Origin: Candidatus Aenigmatarchaeota archaeon
Lineage (GTDB): Archaea; Aenigmatarchaeota; Aenigmatarchaeia; PWEA01
DNA: 64,000 nucleotides
NCBI GenBank assembly: GCA_046539325.1
Contig: JBKHHD010000006.1
Span: forward strand, 1 to 64,000
Direction of reading: 5' to 3'
A program made the translations under genes and the position numbers. A model generated the notes under the pieces. It was not told the origin of the DNA. It did not search any database and was given only the letters and a program-made list of their open reading frames with translations. This document shows positions 48,743 to 57,894 of the stretch, one piece after another. Each line of letters opens with the position of its first letter. Within the stretch, counting starts at the first letter, position 1.

Positions 48743-49216
48743 TCACTTGTTTTTTAGTGCAGTCTTATAAATACTTCTCCATTCATTCGCCAGCTTCTCT
48801 AAATGTGAAGAAAAGGACTTAGAGGGCTTGAGAACCATAAACCATCCCCTTCCAGGATCGGACTCTACCGCTTCTCTTTCCCTTTGAAGTATACCGAATT
48901 TGACCAGTTTGGGTATCACTACGTTATAGGCAGTAGAGGACGGTATACCCTCATTTTCAAGGAAATCAGAAAGTATATCCTTGTCAACGCCATCAGAATT
49001 CGAGAGCACAAAATCAACAAGCTTCGTGGCATATTTATTACTCCTTTCCTGGTAGTCTTCGGGAAAAATGTGGTTTATGACGTCCTCCAGATCCCACCTA
49101 ATATCCCCATCTATGGAGGGCCAATCCTCGCCTTGAACGGAGGGGAAGAAAAGGCTTTCTTTGCTTTTCAGTGTTTCGCCCTCAACTGGAACAGGTTTAT
49201 CGTTTCCCTTGGAAAT
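48743..49216 (-). CDS. winged-helix protein; probable ATT start
   Basis: Frame open 69 codons upstream of the track GTG to ATT preceded by GGTGA-TAAA; STAYNVVIPKLVKFGILQRER is wHTH-like. Confidence 0.75.
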   Translation of the reverse strand: MSKGNDKPVPVEGETLKSKESLFFPSVQGEDWPSIDGDIRWDLEDVINHIFPEDYQERSNKYATKLVDFVLSNSDGVDKDILSDFLENEGIPSSTAYNVVIPKLVKFGILQREREAVESDPGRGWFMVLKPSKSFSSHLEKLANEWRSIYKTALKNK

Positions 49217-49409
49217 TTTATCACCATATTGGAAGATTTGTGTTTCACAACGTTTCGTTATAATTATGGAGTTTCTCCTAAATAAAAGTTTACAACATAT
49301 CGTTATTGAACAAGAAAATATGGATTGAGACCCCTAGGGAACCAAGCAAAATATACCCAAAAACCGGAACCCATGTAATCTGGTTTATCAAATCGTTGTG
49401 CAACAGAAT

Positions 49410-49757
49410 TTACTCCTCTTCAGATTCTTCATCCTCTTCTTCAGAATCCTCACTGGAATCTTCGTCGGATTCCTCTATCTTTCTCTCAAACTTTCTGACA
49501 AGCCCCTCCAGATCATGGGCTATTTCCTCTCCGTCGTCAGTAAGCTCAATAAGCTTCACCCTCCCTTCCTTGCTGAACTCCACCAGTTCAAGTTCCTGGA
49601 ATTTGTCAAGAACCTTGATAGTATGTGAATATGTGCAGTCAACGCCTTTACTTACTTCCGTCGCATAGTTGGGGTTATCGCCCTTTTTGAGAAAAACAAG
49701 CATTTCAGCCGGCTTCTCCTGTAGAAATAATTCCTTGAAAATTTCCTTGCCCGGCAC
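49410..49757 (-). CDS. MarR-like winged-helix protein
   Basis: YATEVSKGVDCTYSHTIKVL..LVEF.KEGRVK.IELTDDG. Confidence 0.87.
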   Translation of the reverse strand: MPGKEIFKELFLQEKPAEMLVFLKKGDNPNYATEVSKGVDCTYSHTIKVLDKFQELELVEFSKEGRVKLIELTDDGEEIAHDLEGLVRKFERKIEESDEDSSEDSEEEDEESEEE

Positions 49758-49774
49758 TTATCACACCTAGGTAT

Positions 49775-49931
49775 AATTACTTAATCAAAGTATTTAAATA
49801 TTTAATTTTATGTTTTATGATATATATTTTTAATAATATATTTGTTTACAGGTATTTTAATAAAAATATTATATAAAATATACTTTTCTAAACATTGGTT
49901 AAAAAATATAAACTAAAAAACATATTTTTTA
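49775..49931. other. second AT-rich tract
   Basis: Almost purely A/T sequence upstream of the wHTH gene. Confidence 0.65.
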
Positions 49932-50957
49932 TTACTGAAAAATTTTCTCTAATGTGAGAGTTACTGAGATAAAGGCCAGGCCGGTTGCTATGGAAATTCC
50001 AAACCTTGCGAGGCCACTTCCAGGATTAAGTATCACTCTACTTGCTTCAGAAGCCACAAGAGCGAAGCCTAGAAAGAATGCTATGTAAGTCGAATGTCTT
50101 AGAATACTTGATCTATCGGGAAAAGCAATAACGGACTTACCTACCATAGACACAAGAAATGCGGTGAAGAAAAGATAAACTGAACCTTGGAGAAATGCTG
50201 CACTTGACTCTATAATGTCTGCAGTTGGCTCCATCTGAACTGAATTGTATCCACTGTTTATAGCTATAGCTGCTATAGCTAATGAAACAACATAGAAGAA
50301 GAATGTGACTCTTCTGGCTGTAAAGGAGGTCTGAAGCTCATTGTATATTCTCTCAAGAGGCTCTTCAAGATGAAAGCCTCTTATCAACAGATAAGCACCT
50401 AAAATACCCAGTGTTATCCTCCATCCCCTTACCCCCAGAAGGGAATAAAATATCAAGAATATAGCAGGGATTCCAAAGAATATCTTGCCCATTTTAGGAT
50501 CCGAGAGGACTTCTTTAAAGAACTCATTTATCTGGTAGTACATGCCCTCTAACCTCTCGCTCTGTTTCATTATCACCCTTTTCACGGAAACTATCTCCGC
50601 ATGGTTCTGAACTATGGGGAGTATCTGCTCGTCTTCAGTTCCGTCGACTACAAGAACAACTTTTTCACGGTTCGTTTCCTTGAGAACTTTCTGAAGCTGC
50701 TCGTTAAGTATCTCATCGCTTTCTACGCCTACGTGGCTGTTCCCTGTTATTGTAGCTACTTCGGAATTTTCCTTCTCCTCGTAAATCTTAACTGCCTGAA
50801 GTATTGTGTTTGTGTCAGAATCCTCAGGATCGGAGAGGCCAAGAACTTGAGCTAGCTCAAGGTTCTTTTCCTTGCCTACAACCGGTCCTTCAAAATCCGT
50901 CTTCCTGCCGACATCGTCGTCTCTGTCTACGGCAAGTACGAGAAGATCTTCAGACAT
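49932..50957 (-). CDS. DUF373 family membrane protein
   Basis: LVLAVDRDDDVG.K, DPEDSD.N, DG.EDE, multi-TM C-terminus. Confidence 0.88.
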   Translation of the reverse strand: MSEDLLVLAVDRDDDVGRKTDFEGPVVGKEKNLELAQVLGLSDPEDSDTNTILQAVKIYEEKENSEVATITGNSHVGVESDEILNEQLQKVLKETNREKVVLVVDGTEDEQILPIVQNHAEIVSVKRVIMKQSERLEGMYYQINEFFKEVLSDPKMGKIFFGIPAIFLIFYSLLGVRGWRITLGILGAYLLIRGFHLEEPLERIYNELQTSFTARRVTFFFYVVSLAIAAIAINSGYNSVQMEPTADIIESSAAFLQGSVYLFFTAFLVSMVGKSVIAFPDRSSILRHSTYIAFFLGFALVASEASRVILNPGSGLARFGISIATGLAFISVTLTLEKIFQ

Positions 50958-51046
50958 GTGTAATACTGGTGTAGATAAAAATAAAAGAGTAACGTATTGG
51001 ATAAATTTTAAATACGTGCAGACCGCTTTTGCCTGTGGGTGTTAAA

Positions 51047-51256
51047 ATGGGTGAACTACCATTAGCTCCGGTTGATAGGATCATAAGAAGTCAAGGAGCG
51101 AAAAGAGTTTCCGAAGAAGCCACTGAGGAATTTGCAGAGGTTATCGAGGAAATTGCAGCCGATCTAGCAGCAGAGGCAGCGGCCTTAGCAGAACATGCTG
51201 ACAGGAAGACTGTGAAGGGAGAAGACGTCAGGCTTGCTAGCAGGAAAGGCTTCTAA
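51047..51256 (+). CDS. archaeal histone (HMf family)
   Basis: MGELPLAPVDRIIR..GAKRVS...HADRKTVKGEDV. Confidence 0.95.
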   Translation: MGELPLAPVDRIIRSQGAKRVSEEATEEFAEVIEEIAADLAAEAAALAEHADRKTVKGEDVRLASRKGF

Positions 51257-51282
51257 CTTCTTTTTTATTTTTATGTGATTCT

Positions 51283-52290
51283 ATGGATGAGAAGGTAAAG
51301 GAACTAGCTGAGAAGATAGCTGAAGAGAAGGGAACGGATGTAGATGAAGTTATAGATAAGATTGAAGGTAAAGAAGAGGAGTACAGCGGACTTATTTCTA
51401 AGGAAGGCGCCGCACATATAGTTGCCAAGGAGGAGGGCCTCGAGCTTATGGAGGAGGAAGGAGACAACGAGCTAAAGATAGAGAACGTCGTTTCTGGAAT
51501 GAACAGCGCAACCGTCACAGGAAAGGTCGAAAAGATCTTCGGCCCGAGGACATTCGAGACGGATGACGGTGAGGGTAAGGTTGCCAACCTAATTTTAAGG
51601 GATGGAACAGGTACCGTAAGATTCTCTTTATGGAACGATGAGGCCGAGGAGCTTATCGAGGATGAAAAGATAGAGGTAGGGGATACAATAAAGGTAGAAA
51701 ACGGATACGTAACCGAGGACAACAGGGACGAACCGGAGTTAAGGCTTGGTAGGTCGGGCAAGGTAAAGGAACCAGAAGAGGAGCTAGATGTTGAAATACA
51801 GACAGGCTCAGGAGGAAGCAGCGGAGAAAGCCAGGGAAGAGTAAAGATATCAGAGCTTGTGCCTGGACAAAGCGGTGAAGCCAGAGGCACAGTGGTTAAC
51901 ACATTTGGCAAGAACCCCTTCTACAAGACGTGTCCTGAATGTGAAGAAAGGGTCGAAGACGAGGAGTGTGAAGAACACGGGAAGGTTAAAATAAATATGG
52001 CCCTTTCGTTAGTCATAGACGACGGAAGCGGGTCTATAAGATGCGTTTTCTTCAGGGACCAGGCGGAGGAACTTCTTGATATGGATACGGATGAGGCCTG
52101 GAAGATGACCGATGAAGGAGAGAACATGGAAGAGTTTATGGAAAGATGTGACGAGCTTCTAGGTAATGAAATAGTTGTCCAGGGACGCGTGAAGATGAAC
52201 GACTTCTTTGGTATGCCTGAGCTTTTAGTCAATTCTATGGAAAAGGCGGATGTTGCGGAGGAGGCAGAAAAACTTCTTGAAACAGTTTAA
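51283..52290 (+). CDS. rpa: replication protein A (OB-folds plus Zn finger)
   Basis: GLIS.EGA, LRDGTG.VRFSLW, CPEC..C..HG, IDDGSGSIR. Confidence 0.9.
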   Translation: MDEKVKELAEKIAEEKGTDVDEVIDKIEGKEEEYSGLISKEGAAHIVAKEEGLELMEEEGDNELKIENVVSGMNSATVTGKVEKIFGPRTFETDDGEGKVANLILRDGTGTVRFSLWNDEAEELIEDEKIEVGDTIKVENGYVTEDNRDEPELRLGRSGKVKEPEEELDVEIQTGSGGSSGESQGRVKISELVPGQSGEARGTVVNTFGKNPFYKTCPECEERVEDEECEEHGKVKINMALSLVIDDGSGSIRCVFFRDQAEELLDMDTDEAWKMTDEGENMEEFMERCDELLGNEIVVQGRVKMNDFFGMPELLVNSMEKADVAEEAEKLLETV

Positions 52291-52328
52291 AGTATTTAAG
52301 AATCCAACCTCAATGGGTTAAATGTTCA

Positions 52329-53273
52329 ATGTCTGATGAAATAGACCTCAAAGATCTTCCTGGTGTAGGAGAGAAGACGGCAGAGAAGCTTAAGGATGAA
52401 GGTTACAAGGATCTTATGTCTATAGCAGCTGCTTCCTCCGGTGAAATCTCAGGCAAAACCTCTATAGGTGAATCCACAGCTAAGAAAATAATAAGCGCCG
52501 CCCGGAATGAGATGGAGATGGGCTTTGATACTGCTTCTAAGGTCTACGAGGAAAAGGATGATATTACACAGATAAGCACGAACTCTGATAAGATAGATGA
52601 GCTCATTGGTGGCGGAATAGAGACACAGACAATAACCGAAGCGTACGGAGGCTACGGCTCAGGTAAGTCGCAGATGGCTTTTCAGCTCTCGGTAAACGTT
52701 CAGAAGGAGGAAGGAAAGGGTGGTCTCGGTAAAGGATGCGTATTTATAGATACAGAGAATACCTTCAGCCCTGAAAGGGTTAAGGAAATAGCTGAAAACC
52801 ATGACATGGACCCCGAAGAGGTTCTCGACAACATATACGTCGCAAGGGCATATAATTCAGACCACCAGATGGTCCTCGTCAACGAAGCAGATGAGATATT
52901 GGGAAAGCAGGAAGTTGGTCTTGTAGTTGTTGATTCCTTGACAGGACAGTTTAGAGCGGACTACACTGGCCGTGGTGATCTAGCTGAAAGACAGCAGAAA
53001 CTTAACAGGCACCTTCACGACCTTCAGAGGCTTGCTGAAGTTTACAATGTGGCTGTTTTCATATCAAACCAAGTTATGTCTAAGCCTGACGTAATGTTCG
53101 GTGATCCAACAGAAGCTATAGGTGGCCACATACTCCACCACGCAGCAGCCTTCAGAATGTACCTTAGAAAGGGCAAGGGAGATACACGAATCTGTAAGCT
53201 TGTGGACAGTCCTTATAAACCAGAGGGGGAAGCCCCCTTCAAAATAACCGAAAAGGGCATAGTCGACAAGTAG
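52329..53273 (+). CDS. radA: DNA repair and recombination protein RadA
   Basis: LPGVG HhH, GGYGSGKSQ, IDTENTF.PER, LAERQQKL, IGGHIL.H. Confidence 0.97.
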   Translation: MSDEIDLKDLPGVGEKTAEKLKDEGYKDLMSIAAASSGEISGKTSIGESTAKKIISAARNEMEMGFDTASKVYEEKDDITQISTNSDKIDELIGGGIETQTITEAYGGYGSGKSQMAFQLSVNVQKEEGKGGLGKGCVFIDTENTFSPERVKEIAENHDMDPEEVLDNIYVARAYNSDHQMVLVNEADEILGKQEVGLVVVDSLTGQFRADYTGRGDLAERQQKLNRHLHDLQRLAEVYNVAVFISNQVMSKPDVMFGDPTEAIGGHILHHAAAFRMYLRKGKGDTRICKLVDSPYKPEGEAPFKITEKGIVDK

Positions 53274-53288
53274 AGTTCTTTAAACTTC

Positions 53289-53546
53289 TTAAATTATGTC
53301 GTTCTCAGACACAATTACGAAGTCCCCCACTGAGTTTATCGCAGAAAACGGAATCAGATGCCTTCCTTGGTCATCCATTTCTACTTGAAGATCGGAGACA
53401 TGCTTTGTAGGCTCTGTAAGAACTATGTTCATAAGTTCTCCTGAGTCCGTTATGAAAGAAACATCGCCGACTGTGCCGAATTTTTTCCCTGCTTCTTCAG
53501 AAACAACTACCTTTCCCATAAGTTTTTTTCCTCTTATATCTGCCAT
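53289..53546 (-). CDS. PRC-barrel protein (CdpB-like)
   Basis: LMGKVVV...GKKFGTV.D...SGEL...IPFSAINSVGDFVIV. Confidence 0.85.
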   Translation of the reverse strand: MADIRGKKLMGKVVVSEEAGKKFGTVGDVSFITDSGELMNIVLTEPTKHVSDLQVEMDDQGRHLIPFSAINSVGDFVIVSENDII

Positions 53547-53586
53547 GCTATCACCATTTACTATTATTCAGGGGCTTATTTAAATT

Positions 53587-54249
53587 TTACAGAAGAAGTA
53601 CGAGCAAACTTATCATCCCACCTGAAAAAGTTGCAGCCAGGTTCACTTCGGATTTGGTCATATAACCCCTTCTCTCCAGTGTAGCTCCAAGTATTGAGTC
53701 CATGTGACAGCCCATGAATCCACCTATAAAGGGAGCAAGGATGCCAATTCCAAAAAGGAAATGGGCTATAATAGCCACAAAAAGGGCACCTATAGCCGAA
53801 AAAACTGTCCCAAGTGGCGAAACTGCTCCGTTTGTGCCGGGTTCAACCTTCTTCCAGGTGGTTATAAGTCTGGCTCTTTTAGAGAAAACTCCAACCTCCG
53901 AAGCAAGGGTATCGGCCATGGCTGTTGATACAGAACCGGCAAACCCAACGGGGCTGGATATAATCGCAAAGAATGCAGGCGATGAGCCGTTGCCTAATAT
54001 ATTTTGAATGTTTCTCGTGCCGTTCTCTTCTTCCTCCACACCGATCTTCTTCTTTCTGTCATATCTCCACTTTGTGCCAGCATAACCGACAACTAGAAAG
54101 GAAACTAAAATAAATATCCATGCTGGATCGTTTAGGGCCCATATCAATGATCCGATGATAAAGGCAGTAAGGCTGGCTTTAGCTGAGAGAACCTCTGTCT
54201 TCCATGTAACAAGTGCTAATGCTGAACAACCTGCAAAGACTTCTAGCAT
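53587..54249 (-). CDS. DUF92/TMEM19 family membrane protein
   Basis: R...NILGNG, ADTLASEVG, PGTNGAVS..G, DSILGATLE. Confidence 0.9.
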   Translation of the reverse strand: MLEVFAGCSALALVTWKTEVLSAKASLTAFIIGSLIWALNDPAWIFILVSFLVVGYAGTKWRYDRKKKIGVEEEENGTRNIQNILGNGSSPAFFAIISSPVGFAGSVSTAMADTLASEVGVFSKRARLITTWKKVEPGTNGAVSPLGTVFSAIGALFVAIIAHFLFGIGILAPFIGGFMGCHMDSILGATLERRGYMTKSEVNLAATFSGGMISLLVLLL

Positions 54250-54261
54250 CAAGTAGTTATA

Positions 54262-55341
54262 TCAGGTGTCCACTAATAAATTTTTGGTCTTAGTGTCTAA
54301 GAAGTAGACGTAGCCCTTTCCTCTCTTCTTCCTTTCGATTATGTCCTCCTTGAGCAGCCTCCTTAATATATTGTTAACGGACCTGACGGCATGCTGTTTC
54401 GTCTTATAGCTGTCTGTTCCAAGTTTCTCGGCTATATCTGACGGGAATAGCTCATCTTCCTCGGAAAGTATCTTTACTATCTCCCTCTGCTTGTAGGGAA
54501 GATCTTTAAGGAAGTCTCTTCCCTTCTCCTTGCTCTCTTCCTCCTTCTCCATATCGTCCTCAAAGCCCTTAAGCTCATCTAATTCCTTCTTATCGTTCTC
54601 AAGGGCCCAGTTTATCATCTTGTCACATATCTTGAGAACTTCACGCGGGAAACCTCCTGTCTTCTCGTAAATTTGTTTCACACAGTCCTCTGTGAAGGGT
54701 GAAATACCCTCTCCTCCTGCGTCTTCTATCCTTCTTCTTATAAGGTCCCTTGTTTCTTCTTCATCCAAGGTAGTAAGGTCTATTCTCGTCGTGACTCTAC
54801 TCTTAAGCGTTTCAACGTTCTCCTTGAGTTTTTCATCAATCGCAGGCAAGCCTGCAAATATGAACTGTATTTCATCGACCTGATCAGTTATAGTTCTCAA
54901 CCACTGCAAGACCTTAACATCTGATTCATGGGCCTCATCAACCATTAGTAGAAGGTTTTCATTAAGACGATCGCCGAGATAATCTGAAAGATCGTGAATA
55001 CTCACATTCACGCCAAAAATCCTTTCCCAAAGTGAAGGCTTTATTTTTTCCGTGAATATGTCAACAATTTCATCGTATTGCGGGGGCTTAGATAGGTATA
55101 GAACCTCAAAGTTATCATTGAACTTTTCCTCAACCAGCTTAAGAAGGGTAGTTTTTCCTGCTCCTGTAGCACCCGACACCAACGCAAACTTCCTATTTTC
55201 TTGGATATGGTACGTAAGCTTCCTAAGTTCCTTATCGTATCCAACGAACAAATCAGGATCAATTTTCAGTGTGAAGGGATTTCTCTCAAGGCCCACCTCC
55301 TCAAACCACTCACTTACCTCCTCTTCATAGCTGTTTAACAT
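54262..55341 (-). CDS. AAA+ ATPase (ExeA/Cdc6-like) with C-terminal winged helix
   Basis: GL..NPF, Walker A GATGAGKT, Walker B LLMVDEAH, SRV, GGFPREV, then wHTH (PSDIAEKL…ILRRL..EDIIER…YVY). Confidence 0.85.
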   Translation of the reverse strand: MLNSYEEEVSEWFEEVGLERNPFTLKIDPDLFVGYDKELRKLTYHIQENRKFALVSGATGAGKTTLLKLVEEKFNDNFEVLYLSKPPQYDEIVDIFTEKIKPSLWERIFGVNVSIHDLSDYLGDRLNENLLLMVDEAHESDVKVLQWLRTITDQVDEIQFIFAGLPAIDEKLKENVETLKSRVTTRIDLTTLDEEETRDLIRRRIEDAGGEGISPFTEDCVKQIYEKTGGFPREVLKICDKMINWALENDKKELDELKGFEDDMEKEEESKEKGRDFLKDLPYKQREIVKILSEEDELFPSDIAEKLGTDSYKTKQHAVRSVNNILRRLLKEDIIERKKRGKGYVYFLDTKTKNLLVDT

Positions 55342-55379
55342 TAATTTCACGCCTTATTCATTTATTTTAAACCTTTTTC

Positions 55380-56060
55380 ATACACAAATTAAACACATGT
55401 GTGAATGTTTTGTGAATATAATGTTAACTTAAAATGAATTTAATATTTAAACGTTTAATTTAACGTGGTTTTAATGAGATATTCACATACTGTAACATCT
55501 TCATTTCATACTTCACGTTTAATTAACCCTTTCATGTGAATGTAACGTTACTCAATATTACACGAAATTAATCACGTTACATAAAAATGAAGTTTAAATG
55601 AAGTTCACGTTACCCTCAAATTACATTCACATAGCATTCATAAACATTCACTAGACATTCACGCACGCTAGAATCTACGTTAATTTGGGTTAATTAAGAT
55701 GTGAAGGACTGTTACTCGGGAAAAATAGCCCCTTTACCTTAACCAATGACGTCTGAGGGGAATTTTTTTCTAGAAAAGGTAAGACTTGTGGATAAATGAC
55801 CCATTTCATGGTTAAGTTATAGAAATGTGAGTGTTTTACGATCCAGACCAGGGGAAATTGGACAAATTATGTACAAATAGGGCATGTGTGGAGGTCAAAA
55901 TGTGAGAGTTCTGAACTGAGTAAGTTACCAGATAAGCATGAGAAATACATAAAATGTGAGATTTAAGCCCGTGGAAGGCAAATATAGGTAAATTGTGAGT
56001 GTTATACTAGAAAATAATGTGTGAAATGTTCTAAATGTGAGTATTAACTTAGGAAAATGA
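55380..56060. repeat. AT-rich intergenic region with two families of short iterated motifs
   Basis: CATTCA at 55624/55635/55645/55656; GTGAATGT at 55401 and 55536; AAATGTGAG at 55823/55898/55952/56033. Confidence 0.75.
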
Positions 56061-56065
56061 GACTA

Positions 56066-56380
56066 TCAATTATCTGTGAGTATATTTCTAGCTCGAAGCA
56101 AATAGTCCACTGGTTTTCCTGAATCAAGCTGTTCTCGAATGCCATCTTTCAATTTTATGAGCCTTATTCCGAAGTATTTGCCGTCTCCATCCTTTGCTCC
56201 CTTTGATTCAACTATAGAATCAATAACTTCCTCTATATAATAATGAACGGTAGATAAAGGCACAGAAGACTCTCTAGATAGCTTCCTTAGCCAAATACCG
56301 TCAGGATATTTCCTTAAAGTTCCTACAAGGTCTTCTACTTTGTCTAAGTCTAGGCCATTTTGATTTTTATCATTAGTCAT
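56066..56380 (-). CDS. small winged-helix protein
   Basis: PDGIWLRKLSRESSVPLSTVHYYI. Confidence 0.8.
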   Translation of the reverse strand: MTNDKNQNGLDLDKVEDLVGTLRKYPDGIWLRKLSRESSVPLSTVHYYIEEVIDSIVESKGAKDGDGKYFGIRLIKLKDGIREQLDSGKPVDYLLRARNILTDN

Positions 56381-56489
56381 GGTTTACCATTGAACACCGT
56401 TCAATAGGGTATACATATCCTTCGGATTTTATAATATTATTCACAGTACGAGTTTTATAAGTTAACCTGAAAATGTAAAATATGGTACT

Positions 56490-57041
56490 ATGAGGTTTTT
56501 TCTGGGAACAAAGATTGATGAAAGCCTCATAAAAGCTGTTTCGAAGGTAAGGAATTCATTCAGAGATCTGGATGCAGACATAAAGGCTGTAAAGGATGAA
56601 AACCTACATCTTACAGTCAAGTTTCTTGGCGAAATAGACGAAGAAGAGTTAGAAAGAATCGACTGCATAAGGGAAGCATTGGCCGACTTTCAACCCTTTG
56701 AGCTTGAGCTAAAGGACGTAGGAGTCTTCCCTTCTAGAGACTACATAAAGGTAATCTGGGCGGGAGCAGGTAAAGGAAGGGAAAAGTTTGCAGAGCTCAT
56801 GTCTGAAATAGAAAACAGGACAAGGGAGGAAGGATTTGAGAAGGACGAAAACGATCCCGTTCCACACGTAACCATAGGGAGAGTGAAAAGCGGGAGGAAC
56901 AAACAGCTAATACAGTCCGAGCTGGACGAATGGAAGGGAAAAACGTTTGGACAGATGCTCGTTGACCGAGTAACTCTCTTCAAGAGCAAGCTTACTCCAA
57001 AGGGTCCTGTATACGAAAAAATAAAGGACTACGAACTATGA
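56490..57041 (+). CDS. thpR: RNA 2',3'-cyclic phosphodiesterase (2H family)
   Basis: HLTVKFLG and PHVTIGR motifs, S.L.PKGPVY. Confidence 0.93.
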   Translation: MRFFLGTKIDESLIKAVSKVRNSFRDLDADIKAVKDENLHLTVKFLGEIDEEELERIDCIREALADFQPFELELKDVGVFPSRDYIKVIWAGAGKGREKFAELMSEIENRTREEGFEKDENDPVPHVTIGRVKSGRNKQLIQSELDEWKGKTFGQMLVDRVTLFKSKLTPKGPVYEKIKDYEL

Positions 57042-57409
57042 AGGACGAAAAACTTTACAAGATATCCTTAGCTGCTTCCGTAATAGGATTAATCCTACTG
57101 TTCACCTTCTCCCATATAACCTCGCCTGAAACAAAGGAAGTATCTGAAGTAGATCCGGGTAACGTAGGAAGTAGAGTAGAGGTGTCCGGAACAGTTGAAG
57201 AGAAATATGTAACGCAAGATGGTCATCTATTTTTTCACGTGAAGGAAAACAACGACGAAATAAATGTGGCTATGTTCAACGACAACCTACAGTCAATGGC
57301 CATTGAACCTGATTACATACAAGAAGGGCAGAAAGTAACTGTTGCTGGCGACGTTGAAATGTACGAAGGGGAACTCCAGATCCTTCCTGTAGAACTAGAA
57401 GTAAGATAA
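57038..57409 (+). CDS. membrane-anchored OB-fold protein
   Basis: N-terminal TM; VEVSGTV, GHLFF, VTVAGDVEMYEGELQI. Confidence 0.82.
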   Translation: MKDEKLYKISLAASVIGLILLFTFSHITSPETKEVSEVDPGNVGSRVEVSGTVEEKYVTQDGHLFFHVKENNDEINVAMFNDNLQSMAIEPDYIQEGQKVTVAGDVEMYEGELQILPVELEVR

Positions 57410-57811
57410 CTACTCGTTGTCTTCCATAGCTTCCTTGACTCCGCCCTTCCTCTTATACAAGATGGACTTTCCGTCTCTCTTCTCCTCTACAAGTCCCATT
57501 TTCTTTAGCTCCGATACCTTTCTACTGACGTATTCCTGCCTGTAGTTCATTATCTTAGCTAAGTTCTTCGTGCTCATCCATCCGCCAAGAAGATCGAGTA
57601 TCCTCTTGTGTACGTCTTTCAGGTCAGACTCGCTTGTATCTTCGGTTATAACCTTATCCAGCTTGTCCTCCATTCTTTCCATTCTTTCATCAAGACTGTT
57701 TAACTTCTCGTGGATCTCCTCAAGCTTGTCCGTCTTGAAGTCAACGGTCTCGACTATCTTTCTCACAACCCCTGTTTCAGGATCCTCAGCCTCGGTATGT
57801 TCCTGTGGCAT
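57410..57811 (-). CDS. coiled-coil plus winged-helix protein
   Basis: Heptads, then MSTKNLAK..RQEYVSRKVSELKKMGLVEEKRDGK. Confidence 0.82.
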   Translation of the reverse strand: MPQEHTEAEDPETGVVRKIVETVDFKTDKLEEIHEKLNSLDERMERMEDKLDKVITEDTSESDLKDVHKRILDLLGGWMSTKNLAKIMNYRQEYVSRKVSELKKMGLVEEKRDGKSILYKRKGGVKEAMEDNE

Positions 57812-57894
57812 AGTAGGTATACTTTGTCTTTCAGTACTTTTAAGTTTTGAGATAATCGTATAGCTTTATTTAGAAGAAACAACTCTTTGTTTGT

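Noticed and set aside
55380-56060. CRISPR array or canonical ORB origin
   Set aside because: Repeats are 6-9 bp and not regularly spaced by unique spacers; no TTCCAxTGGAAA-plus-G-string ORB seen
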